The notes under the pieces were generated by a model. The model saw only the letters and a program-made list of their open reading frames with translations. It did not search any database and was not told where the DNA came from. Below are positions 41,571 through 50,318 of a DNA stretch of 64,000 bases, piece by piece. How positions within the stretch are numbered: position 1 is the first letter of the stretch; each line of letters starts with the position of its first letter. Position numbers and translations under genes: made by a program. The DNA is from Candidatus Eiseniibacteriota bacterium (lineage in GTDB: Bacteria; Eisenbacteria; RBG-16-71-46; CAIMUX01; VGJL01), in NCBI GenBank assembly GCA_963792585.1, contig CAWBWI010000001.1, positions 672,001-736,000 of the forward strand, written 5' to 3'.

Positions 41571-42466
41571 CGCGTTCCCTCCACCAGGCGGATGAATATC
41601 TCCTCGAGCGACGCCTCGCTCGTGTCGAAGCGACGGACTTCCACGGCATCGACGAGCCGGCGCAGGAGCACGCCGGCATCCTCGGGTCGACGCAAACGCA
41701 TCTCGGCGTAACGACCGTGGTCATCGAGCTTCTCCAGGAGGTCGAGGATCCCCTCGCGGGGAAGCTGCCCCGCGTATTCCACTTTCACCGTGCCCGTGCC
41801 GTGCTCCTGGCGGATCTTGTCCAGCGGACCCTGGATCACCACGCGTCCCTGGTGGATCAGGCAGATCCGATCGCAGCTCTTCTCCACCTGATCCATCTGG
41901 TGTGTGGAGAAGATCACGGTGGCCCCCCGGTCGCGCATCTCGAGCATCACGTCCTTCATCAGACGGGAATTGACGGGATCGAGCCCGGAGAAGGGTTCGT
42001 CGAGAATGATGAGGGCGGGGTCGTGCAAGATCGTTCCGATGAACTGAACCTTCTGCTGCATTCCCTTCGACAGCTCCTGAACCTTGCGTTTCGACCACTC
42101 GGGAACCTCGAACCTCTCGAGCCATGCGCGCGCGCGCCGGCGCGCTTCCGTCGCGGCGAGCCCGTGCAGTTCTCCGAAGAACACGAGGTGATCCTCGACC
42201 CGCATGCCTCTGTAGAGTCCTCGCTCCTCGGGCAGGAAGCCGATACGCATCATGCCCGCCTCGTCCAGTTCTCGGCCGAGGACGGTGATCGTTCCTTCGT
42301 CCGGGAGCAGGATCTTGAGGATCATGCGGATCGTCGTGGTCTTGCCGGACCCGTTGGGCCCCAGAAGCCCGAATATGGAACCCTCGGGCACATCGAAGCT
42401 CAGCCGATCGACCGCCCGTTGGGAAGCGAAGGTCTTCGAGACCTCCCGGATCGATATTGCATTCAT
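41567..42466 (-). CDS. ABC exporter ATP-binding protein
   Basis: GPNGSGKTT, LSKGMQQK, ILDEPFSGLD. Confidence 0.95.
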   Translation of the reverse strand: MNAISIREVSKTFASQRAVDRLSFDVPEGSIFGLLGPNGSGKTTTIRMILKILLPDEGTITVLGRELDEAGMMRIGFLPEERGLYRGMRVEDHLVFFGELHGLAATEARRRARAWLERFEVPEWSKRKVQELSKGMQQKVQFIGTILHDPALIILDEPFSGLDPVNSRLMKDVMLEMRDRGATVIFSTHQMDQVEKSCDRICLIHQGRVVIQGPLDKIRQEHGTGTVKVEYAGQLPREGILDLLEKLDDHGRYAEMRLRRPEDAGVLLRRLVDAVEVRRFDTSEASLEEIFIRLVEGTR

Positions 42467-42659
42467 GCGCGCCCCTCCGTTTCCGCGGGATGATACGCAG
42501 TCGCCCAGCGCGACGCCACGCCGGATCCGCCGATGCTATACTGCGGCTCGAGCGAGAGGAGCGGAATTGGACCTCGACGAGACCGGCGCTGCAGGATCAC
42601 CTCCCCGGGGATCGGCAGGCGGAGGATCGGTTCCTTCGCCGGTCCCTGCGGGGCGTAGG

Positions 42660-43448
42660 ATGCGCCCCTTCCTGGTTCCAGGCGCCCTCTTCCTGCTGAC
42701 CGTCATCACGACCACGCTCGCGAATGGTCCTTTCTACGCCGCCTGTCTGCTCGGGATCCTCGTCGTGCACGAGGGAGGTCACTACCTCATGTGCCGGCGG
42801 TATCACGTGCCGTCGACGCTTCCCTACTTCATTCCCCTCCCGCCGATGATCTCGTTTCTCGGGACTCTCGGCGCCGTGATTCGCATGCGTCTGATGACGG
42901 GGGATCGGAAGATCCTCTACGACATCGGCATCGCCGGCCCCCTGGCGGGCCTCTGCGTCGCGGTTCCGGTGAGTTGCTGGGGGCTCGCGCACTCCAGGCT
43001 CGTGACGAAGCCCCCCCCGGGAACTTCGATCGAGCTGGGCGACTCGTTGCTCTTCCATTTCCTTCAACGCGTCTTCTTCGGCCCTGTGGGGCCTGGACAG
43101 GATCTGCTGCTCCATCCGGTCGCTCTGGCGGGATGGGCGGGCCTGTTCGTCACTGGGCTCAACCTGATCCCCGTCGGGATGCTCGACGGCGGACACGTCG
43201 TCTACGGTCTGCTGGGGCGCAAGGCTCTCTGGGTGAACATCGCCGCGATGGCGGGAATCGCGGTGCTCGGCGTGACCTTCTTCCCATTCTGGCTAGGATG
43301 GTTCGTGCTGCTCCTGATCATCGGCATCCGTCATCCGGCCTCCGCGCTCCCCAGCGGGACCATCGACCGTCGAAGGCTGCTGCTGGGGGTGGCCACGCTC
43401 GTTCTCTTCGCCCTCTGCTTCGTGCCTCGTCCCGTCCGCATTCCATGA
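42660..43448 (+). CDS. site-2 protease (peptidase M50)
   Basis: HEGGH, GIAGPLAG, NLIPVGMLDGGH; multiple TMs. Confidence 0.92.
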   Translation: MRPFLVPGALFLLTVITTTLANGPFYAACLLGILVVHEGGHYLMCRRYHVPSTLPYFIPLPPMISFLGTLGAVIRMRLMTGDRKILYDIGIAGPLAGLCVAVPVSCWGLAHSRLVTKPPPGTSIELGDSLLFHFLQRVFFGPVGPGQDLLLHPVALAGWAGLFVTGLNLIPVGMLDGGHVVYGLLGRKALWVNIAAMAGIAVLGVTFFPFWLGWFVLLLIIGIRHPASALPSGTIDRRRLLLGVATLVLFALCFVPRPVRIP

Positions 43449-44527
43449 GCGCTCCCGAGACGGCTCTGCTGGTCCTGCATCGAGGCGCCCGCGCCGGCAC
43501 GGAGTTCCATGCGCTCTGGCTGGCCCAGGGACTCCGGAAGCGCGGATGGGATGTGGCCCTCGCCGTGTCGGAGGATGGTCCGATCCTCGACCTCTTTCGG
43601 GATGCGAGTGTGAGCGTCCACAGGATCCCGCGCCGACGCGGGATGGACTTCGTCTACATCGCATCCCTGGCGAGGCTCGCCGCGCGGCTTGGGGCCGAGG
43701 TCATGCACGCGCACAGCGGGCGACTGCCGATGCTCGCCGCGAGACTGGCGGGCGTTCCCGCGCGGATCGAAACGCGTCACGGCCTCGGAGCGCCCGAGGA
43801 TTCTGTTTCGCCCGGGCGTGCCCGTGCCGAGGCGCGACGCTGCCGAATGGCACAGATGACGATCACGGTGAGCCGGGTCGATCGAGAACGTCTCATTGCG
43901 GGCGGTCTCGAACCGGAGCGGATCCGATGCATCCCGAACGGGATCCCCTCCGCCAGCGTCGGCCGCGGCGTTGCGATCCCAGGGATGGTGCGGCTCGGAT
44001 TTCTCGGGCGATTGACCGAACAGAAGGATCCGTTGTTCCTGATCCCGCTGGCCGGCGAGTTGGACCGCCGTCTTCCCGGACGCTGGAGCCTTGCGATCGC
44101 AGGCGACGGTCCGCTGCGTGCCCGGTTGGAGGCGGGGTTCCGGTCTCCAAACGTGCAGTTTCTGGGGGAGATCCCCGGGCCCGCGTCGCTGTTCGCACAG
44201 ATCGACATCCTCTGTGTCCCTTCGGCATGGGAGGGTCAACCGCTCGGGGTCCTCGAAGCGATGGCTGCGGGGGTTCTAGTCGTCGCCCGGGACATCCCAA
44301 CGCTCAAGGAACTGCTCGGCGGCCCGCCCGGGGCGGGCGTGGTCCTGCCAGGAGACCCCAAGGCATGGGCCGATGAGATCATCTCACTCTCCACGGACCT
44401 CGCCCGACAGGAGATGCTTCAGGGCAATGCGCGCGCGCGGATCCTCGACGAGCATGGACTCGATCGGATGATCGAGCGGATCGAGTCCGCCTATCGGGAT
44501 GCCCTGGCCGCGGCGGGTCGCGGCTGA
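43445..44527 (+). CDS. glycosyltransferase family 4
   Basis: IPNGI, GFLGRLTEQKD, PSAWEGQPLGVLEAMAAG. Confidence 0.9.
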   Translation: MSAPETALLVLHRGARAGTEFHALWLAQGLRKRGWDVALAVSEDGPILDLFRDASVSVHRIPRRRGMDFVYIASLARLAARLGAEVMHAHSGRLPMLAARLAGVPARIETRHGLGAPEDSVSPGRARAEARRCRMAQMTITVSRVDRERLIAGGLEPERIRCIPNGIPSASVGRGVAIPGMVRLGFLGRLTEQKDPLFLIPLAGELDRRLPGRWSLAIAGDGPLRARLEAGFRSPNVQFLGEIPGPASLFAQIDILCVPSAWEGQPLGVLEAMAAGVLVVARDIPTLKELLGGPPGAGVVLPGDPKAWADEIISLSTDLARQEMLQGNARARILDEHGLDRMIERIESAYRDALAAAGRG

Positions 44528-44563
44528 TACGATCGCGCGGGTGTGGATCGTCTGGAGGAGCGG

Positions 44564-45244
44564 ATGAAGGTCAGTGTCATCATGCCCGTTTACAACGAGC
44601 TCAAGACGATCGATGAGATCGTTCAGCGGGTTCTTGCCGTTCCCGTCGATCTCGAGCTCCTGATCGTCAATGACGCCTCGACCGATGGGACGGGGGAGGC
44701 GCTGGCGGCGATGCGCGACCCGCGGATCCGGCTCCTAACGCACGAGCGGAATCGCGGGAAGGGCGCGGCGATCCGCACCGCCATTCCCGAGGCGACGGGG
44801 GATGTGATCGTCATCCAGGATGGTGACCTCGAGTACGACCCCGCGCAGATCCCCACACTGCTCGGTCCGATCGAGCGGGGCCTTGCGGACGTCGTCTACG
44901 GCTCCCGCTTTCTTGGGGGACCTCATCGGGCGCACCTCTTCTGGCACCATGTCGCCAATCAGTTCCTGACGGGATTCTCCAACTTCCTCAACAACCTGAA
45001 CCTCACCGACATGGAGACCTGCTACAAGTGCTTCCGGCGCGAGATGCTGCAATCGCTTCGGCTCCGCTCGGATCGCTTCGGATTCGAGCCCGAGGTGACC
45101 GCGAAACTCGCCCGCCGCCGCGCGCGCTTCTACGAGGTTCCGATCAGCTACTTCGGGCGCGACTATTCCGAGGGAAAAAAGATCCGCTGGACCGATGGTG
45201 TCGCCGCCATCGCCGCCGTTGTTCGTTTCCGGTTTTTCGACTAG
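44564..45244 (+). CDS. glycosyltransferase family 2 (polyprenol-phosphate mannosyltransferase-like)
   Basis: IMPVYNE, NDASTDGT, NRGKGAA, QDGDLEYDP, TDMETCYK. Confidence 0.92.
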   Translation: MKVSVIMPVYNELKTIDEIVQRVLAVPVDLELLIVNDASTDGTGEALAAMRDPRIRLLTHERNRGKGAAIRTAIPEATGDVIVIQDGDLEYDPAQIPTLLGPIERGLADVVYGSRFLGGPHRAHLFWHHVANQFLTGFSNFLNNLNLTDMETCYKCFRREMLQSLRLRSDRFGFEPEVTAKLARRRARFYEVPISYFGRDYSEGKKIRWTDGVAAIAAVVRFRFFD

Positions 45245-45290
45245 TGTCCCGCTACCGACCGGTTCCTGCGACATAGCGTGTAACCAAGAC

Positions 45291-45319
45291 TTGACACATT
45301 CTAGACATCCGTCTATTCT
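45291..45319 (+). promoter_or_regulatory. sigma70 promoter of the FG-GAP/kinase-TPR/bEBP operon
   Basis: TTGACA-N17-TATTCT, near consensus. Confidence 0.8.
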
Positions 45320-45390
45320 GTTCTCGCAACAGCTTTCGGGGCAAAGGATCCGCGCCCCCGGGAATTTCGTGTTTGACCAGGAGGTCTCGC

Positions 45391-47088
45391 GTGTCTCGAC
45401 TTGCGCCGTTTGGCTTGCTCTGCACCCTGCTCGCCCTCGCTTCCTCCTCCATCGCCGTGATTCCGCTACCGACCACTCCCGACTGGGAGTCGACGCCGAA
45501 CGGCCAGTATGGGACCGGTCTCGGCGTCGGCGACCTGAACGGGGACGGGTGGGTCGACCTGGTCGTCGCCAACGGAAACGACATGGCCCGGCAGCGCGTC
45601 ACCGTCTATCTGAATAGCGGGGCCGGGAGCTATCCGGTCGCCCCGAACTGGTCGTCCGCGGATATCGACTATCACGGGCACCTGGACCTCGCCGATGTCG
45701 ACGGGGACGGATTCCTCGACTGCGCCGTCGCCGTCTATCTCGGTGCGGGAGGGTTCGGCACGAAGGGAAGAGTCAAACTCTACCGAGGAGCGGGAGACGG
45801 CACCTTCAGCGCCAATCCCGTCTGGCAGTCAGCGGACACATTCTATTGTTTCTCCCTGGCGTTCGGGGACATCAACATGGACGGTCGTCCGGACCTCGCC
45901 TGCGCAACCGGCGACGACTACAACAACAACGCGGAGAGGCGACGCGTCTACAGGAACCTTGGCGCGACGTTGGAAACCAGTCCTTCCTGGATGTCGACCG
46001 AGAACGAATACTCGCTCGACGCCACCTGGGCCGACTTCAACAATGACGGCTACCTCGATCTCGCATTCGCCGGGACCTCGTGTCCGAACAGAATCTACTT
46101 CTCCCAGGGGGGGATCCTCCAAACGACGGCGGGCTGGAGTTCCTCGGACGCCTCGATCTACGCCAATACGGCTGCCACAGGAGACGTAGACGGCGACGGT
46201 TGGACCGACCTTGCGATCGCCGACAACAACCAGCTCGGCGGATCCGGTCGTTTCAAGTTGTACCGAAACCAAGGCAACGGAACGCTTGCCACCCAGCCGA
46301 CATGGCAATCGGTCCAGGCGGGCTACGGATCTCAGGTCTCTCTGATCGATGTCGACGAGGATGGTGATCTCGACCTGTCCACGGGGATGTGGTGGGGCCC
46401 GGTCCGGATCTACGAGAACCAGGGTGGGACCCTCACCGTGAACCCCACCTACAGCTCGGCGACGAGTTCCGTGATCGAAAACGAGGTGTGGGAGGATGTC
46501 GACAACGACGGTCTGCAGCGCGGCCTCGGCGCCAGCTGGACGGGGGACGGGACCCGCAAGCTCTTCTACTTCCCGACTCGACCGGTCCGACAAGTCCTGT
46601 CGATGACCGTCGGGGATCTCAGCGTGCCGGTATCGAGCCTTCTACTCGACGCGGACGACGCCTGGGTTGTGCTGCCATCCGCCCCGTCGACAGGCGCCGT
46701 CGTTCGCGCATCCTATGTCAGCTCCGCGGATGTGGATCTCGCCCTCTCGAACTGGGACACCAGTGAGGGAGAGTATCTCTTCCGCAATCTCCGCAATCCC
46801 TCGGCCACCCCCGAGCCGCTCGCGGGCGCGATCCGTCTGATCCTCTCGCCGAACCCCTCGCGGGGCACACTCCGTCTCCGTCTCGAAGACCAGAACTCCG
46901 CCGCGCCGGGAGAGATTGAGATCTTCGATCCGGCCGGCCGCCGGGTCCGTGTCCTGGCGGGGATGTCGACGGAAGGCGTGTGGGATGGGCGGGACGCATC
47001 CGGTAGATCCGTTCCAAGCGGCGTCTACTTCATCCGCTGGACGCGGGGTTCCGGTGCCTCGGTTACCGGACAAGTGATCCGCGAATGA
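45391..47088 (+). CDS. secreted FG-GAP (VCBS) repeat protein with C-terminal FlgD-Ig/T9SS-like domain
   Basis: Signal peptide; repeated GDxxGDGxxDL motifs; C-terminus PNPSRG..IFDPAGRRVR..WDGRDASGRSVPSGVYFIR; RBS AGGAGG before GTG. Confidence 0.88.
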   Translation: MSRLAPFGLLCTLLALASSSIAVIPLPTTPDWESTPNGQYGTGLGVGDLNGDGWVDLVVANGNDMARQRVTVYLNSGAGSYPVAPNWSSADIDYHGHLDLADVDGDGFLDCAVAVYLGAGGFGTKGRVKLYRGAGDGTFSANPVWQSADTFYCFSLAFGDINMDGRPDLACATGDDYNNNAERRRVYRNLGATLETSPSWMSTENEYSLDATWADFNNDGYLDLAFAGTSCPNRIYFSQGGILQTTAGWSSSDASIYANTAATGDVDGDGWTDLAIADNNQLGGSGRFKLYRNQGNGTLATQPTWQSVQAGYGSQVSLIDVDEDGDLDLSTGMWWGPVRIYENQGGTLTVNPTYSSATSSVIENEVWEDVDNDGLQRGLGASWTGDGTRKLFYFPTRPVRQVLSMTVGDLSVPVSSLLLDADDAWVVLPSAPSTGAVVRASYVSSADVDLALSNWDTSEGEYLFRNLRNPSATPEPLAGAIRLILSPNPSRGTLRLRLEDQNSAAPGEIEIFDPAGRRVRVLAGMSTEGVWDGRDASGRSVPSGVYFIRWTRGSGASVTGQVIRE

Positions 47089-50000
47089 GCACGCGCACGC
47101 CAGGGCGGACCGAGAAGCGTTGGGGTCCGTTCGATTGCATCGCCCTGGTCCACCAGGCTCTGGATCGCGGTCTGTGGCAGGTCCGGAATGCTCGCAATGG
47201 TCACACGGAGATCCTGAAGCTTGCCCCGCCCGAGGCATCGGAGGAGGCTCGGCGCGCCCTCGCGGAGGAATTCCTACTCCTGGACCGGATCCATCACCCA
47301 CACTGGGTGCGACCCATCGGCTTTATTCACCTCGACGACGGCTCGAGCGGATATCGGATGGAGGACGCGGGGACACCCGTGTCCGAAGGCGCCGGCGATG
47401 GTTGGCTTCCTCGAGATCTCGGCGCCGTGCGTGAGTTGCTGGGTGCTCTGGCCTGTCTGCATGCGCTCGGTTACGTCCACCTCGACATCAAGCCGTCCCA
47501 ACTCCTGCAAAGCCCCGGCGGAGTGAAGCTGATCGATCCGGGTCTAGCCGCGGTGGAAGGATCCGCACTGGCGGCGAGGGGAACGTGGGGCTTCATCGCA
47601 CCCGAGGTTCTGCGCGACGCTCCTTGGGATCGACGCGCCGATTTCTACGCGCTCGGCTGCGTTCTCGTGGAGATCTGGACAGGAGAGAATCCACTCGGTG
47701 AGGGGGAGATCGCCGAGCAACTTCGCAGACAGCGAAGCCGACCCCGTCTGCGCCTGCGTGAGAGAGTGTCCGACGTTCCCGAGGGGCTCGATCGAGTCGT
47801 CGAGGCGCTGCTCGATCCAGACCCGGAGCGACGACCTCGAACGGCGCGCGAGGTCTGGACCTCATTGCACACCATGGCGGCCTACCGAGAGGGATACGCC
47901 GAGCGCAGGCGACTGCCCCAGCCACTCGACCTGCCGTTCCTGGGGGTGGAGGCGGTCGAGGCGGCCTGGGATCGCGCCCTGGAGGGCGGCGGGCCGGAGC
48001 GCTGGGTCATCACCGGACCCATCGGAAGCGGCAGGCGCCGATTGCTCGAGCGCCTGAGTGCGCGGTCCGAAGTGGCCGGGTTCTCTTGCGAGTCGCGGCC
48101 CGATGCGTTCATGGCCGTGCGCAAGGACCCATCGAGCGGCGCCTTGAGGGAGGTGCAGTGCCGCGTCGGGAAGCCCTCGCGGGGCGAGGAACGAATCGAG
48201 TTGGGCGCAGTCGGGGACCGCGCGGCCGCCGCCGCCCTCGAGGCGTACGGCCTCGAGGCCGAGGGGGACGAGGCGACTTGGACGCGCGTCCTGCTTCGAC
48301 TCCGTCTCCTGGAGCGCCTGGGAGCGGAGGCGGAGCGACGCAGGAGTGGCCGCGAGCGACGCGCCGTCGCGACTGCGGTTGGGGGCGCGATCGAGGACGC
48401 GGACCGCCTGCGACTGGGGAGATTGCTCGCCCGCGATGTCTCGGATCCACCTCTTCACGGCGCCTCGGGAGAGGCTCTCGTCAAGTGCGGCCTGGCCCGT
48501 GTGGATTCCGCGGGGAATCTCCAGGCAGCCTGCCCTCCTTGGGAGGAGATGTCGCTCGCCGTCGTGGTTGGCGAGGAGGCGCTGGCCGAGGCCCACCGCG
48601 CCTTCTTGGAGGAGGCCGGAGGCCGCCTCATCGCAGGGGCAGTTCATGCGCTCGGCTGCGGGGATACGGCGACGACACTCACCCAAGTGCTTCCCGCAGT
48701 GGCGCAGCTTCGGGAAGAAGGCGACCTCGGTCGCGCATTCGAACTCCTCGCCCGTTCGCGCGACCTGCTCGCGGCGGACTGGCCCGCCTCGTGGGCGATC
48801 GAGCATGCGTCCATTGCGCTGGAGGACGGGACGCCCGCTCGTGTGATGTCCCTCCTGGGACCGACGGGTCCCGCGCTTCCCGACGCGTGGCGGATGCTTC
48901 TCGAAGCCCATCTGCAGTACCGCTCCGGGCGACGGAGGGAAGCAATCGCCGCCGCGCGGGCGGCGCAGGAACGAACCGGCGATACCCGGATCGCGCGCGC
49001 AGCGGAGATGATCGTAATCCGCTCCCAGAACGCGCTCGGTGAGACGGAGGATGCGGAGGCGGGCGCGAGGAAGCTCCTCGAGCAAACGGCTCCTGATGCG
49101 CCGTTGATCGAACGTCTCCGTCCTGCTGCGCTGTTGTTGAGCATCCTCTCCTCCCATGGAGCATCCGAGGAGGCATGTGCCCCGCTGCGAGACCTGTGCG
49201 CAAGAAACCTGACCAGAGTAGGCGCGCGGGAACGGCACGAAGTCGCGGCCTCGCTCGGAACAGAGGCGTTCCAGCGGGGCGATTTCGCTGCGGCCGGGAC
49301 ATTCATGGAGATCGCCGTAGAGGCGGCTGCAAGCTGCCACGATCCAGCGAACCTGGCCATCGGCCAGATGAACCTGGCCGGAGTCTATTTCGAAGAAGGG
49401 CGCACGGCGGAATGCGAGGACCTGAATGGTCAGGCCTTGCGGGCCTGCGTGGCGGTTGGGATGGAAGTCCAGGCGGCTTACGCTCAGCGCAATCTCGGGA
49501 CAGTGATGCTCGCAACCGGACGGTTGGGGGAGGCACTGAATCTCTGCAGGAAGGCGCGGGAAGTACTCGGGGCAAATCCGGCGTCTCCGAATGCCCTCGC
49601 TGCTCTCGCCGTAGAGAGCGAGACCCTATTGGAAGCAGGGCTGTATGAATCTTCTCGAAGATCCCTTGGCGAGGCCATTGACCTCCTGGCAGCAAACCCG
49701 ATCCCGATGATCGCCACGGTCATCTGGCGCGACATGGCGCGCCTCGAGCGATGGACGGGTCAACTCGATAGGTCCGCAGACCTGCTGGATGAAGCAAGGC
49801 GCCAAGCGCGCGAATGCGGCGCCTCGGACGACGAAGCCAGGGCGCTCATCGAGATGGCAGCATTGCGCATCGCAGGTGGAGACTTGTGCGGGGGCGCGAG
49901 GTTTCTCGATGAAGCCGCCCCGATCGTCCGGGCTTCGACGAGCCTCGAGTTGGCCCTCCGTTTCGATTTCGCGCGTGCGATGCACTGCCGGGATGAGAAC

Positions 50001-50318
50001 GCCCAGGCCGCCGAATTGCTCGCCGCAGCGACCGCGCGGGCGGCGCGGGCCCATCTCGCCGGATGGCTCTGGCGCTGTTACGCGGCCGATGCGGGGATCG
50101 CGCGGTCCGCTGGGGACGGTGACCGTGTGCTTCGCTCCATCTATGCGGCCCGCCGAACGCTCCTCGACCTGCTGGACGGCATCGGGCCGGAGGCGATGCG
50201 GGAATCATACGTAATGCTTTGCGACAGCCGCCTGTTCCTCGCTTGGTGCGATGGGGATACGGGCACACGTGAGGAGCTCCCCCGCGGGGGCTCCGATTTG
50301 GAGGTATTTCTGCAATGA
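47085..50318 (+). CDS. Ser/Thr kinase-like domain + degenerate P-loop + TPR-like helical repeat protein
   Basis: HLDIKPSQ, IDPGLA, GTWGFIAPE, DFYALG; GPIGSGRR; C-terminal repeats such as SLGTEAFQRGDFAAA, NLAGVYFEEG, NLGTVMLATGRLGEA. Confidence 0.85.
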   Translation: MSTRTPGRTEKRWGPFDCIALVHQALDRGLWQVRNARNGHTEILKLAPPEASEEARRALAEEFLLLDRIHHPHWVRPIGFIHLDDGSSGYRMEDAGTPVSEGAGDGWLPRDLGAVRELLGALACLHALGYVHLDIKPSQLLQSPGGVKLIDPGLAAVEGSALAARGTWGFIAPEVLRDAPWDRRADFYALGCVLVEIWTGENPLGEGEIAEQLRRQRSRPRLRLRERVSDVPEGLDRVVEALLDPDPERRPRTAREVWTSLHTMAAYREGYAERRRLPQPLDLPFLGVEAVEAAWDRALEGGGPERWVITGPIGSGRRRLLERLSARSEVAGFSCESRPDAFMAVRKDPSSGALREVQCRVGKPSRGEERIELGAVGDRAAAAALEAYGLEAEGDEATWTRVLLRLRLLERLGAEAERRRSGRERRAVATAVGGAIEDADRLRLGRLLARDVSDPPLHGASGEALVKCGLARVDSAGNLQAACPPWEEMSLAVVVGEEALAEAHRAFLEEAGGRLIAGAVHALGCGDTATTLTQVLPAVAQLREEGDLGRAFELLARSRDLLAADWPASWAIEHASIALEDGTPARVMSLLGPTGPALPDAWRMLLEAHLQYRSGRRREAIAAARAAQERTGDTRIARAAEMIVIRSQNALGETEDAEAGARKLLEQTAPDAPLIERLRPAALLLSILSSHGASEEACAPLRDLCARNLTRVGARERHEVAASLGTEAFQRGDFAAAGTFMEIAVEAAASCHDPANLAIGQMNLAGVYFEEGRTAECEDLNGQALRACVAVGMEVQAAYAQRNLGTVMLATGRLGEALNLCRKAREVLGANPASPNALAALAVESETLLEAGLYESSRRSLGEAIDLLAANPIPMIATVIWRDMARLERWTGQLDRSADLLDEARRQARECGASDDEARALIEMAALRIAGGDLCGGARFLDEAAPIVRASTSLELALRFDFARAMHCRDENAQAAELLAAATARAARAHLAGWLWRCYAADAGIARSAGDGDRVLRSIYAARRTLLDLLDGIGPEAMRESYVMLCDSRLFLAWCDGDTGTREELPRGGSDLEVFLQ

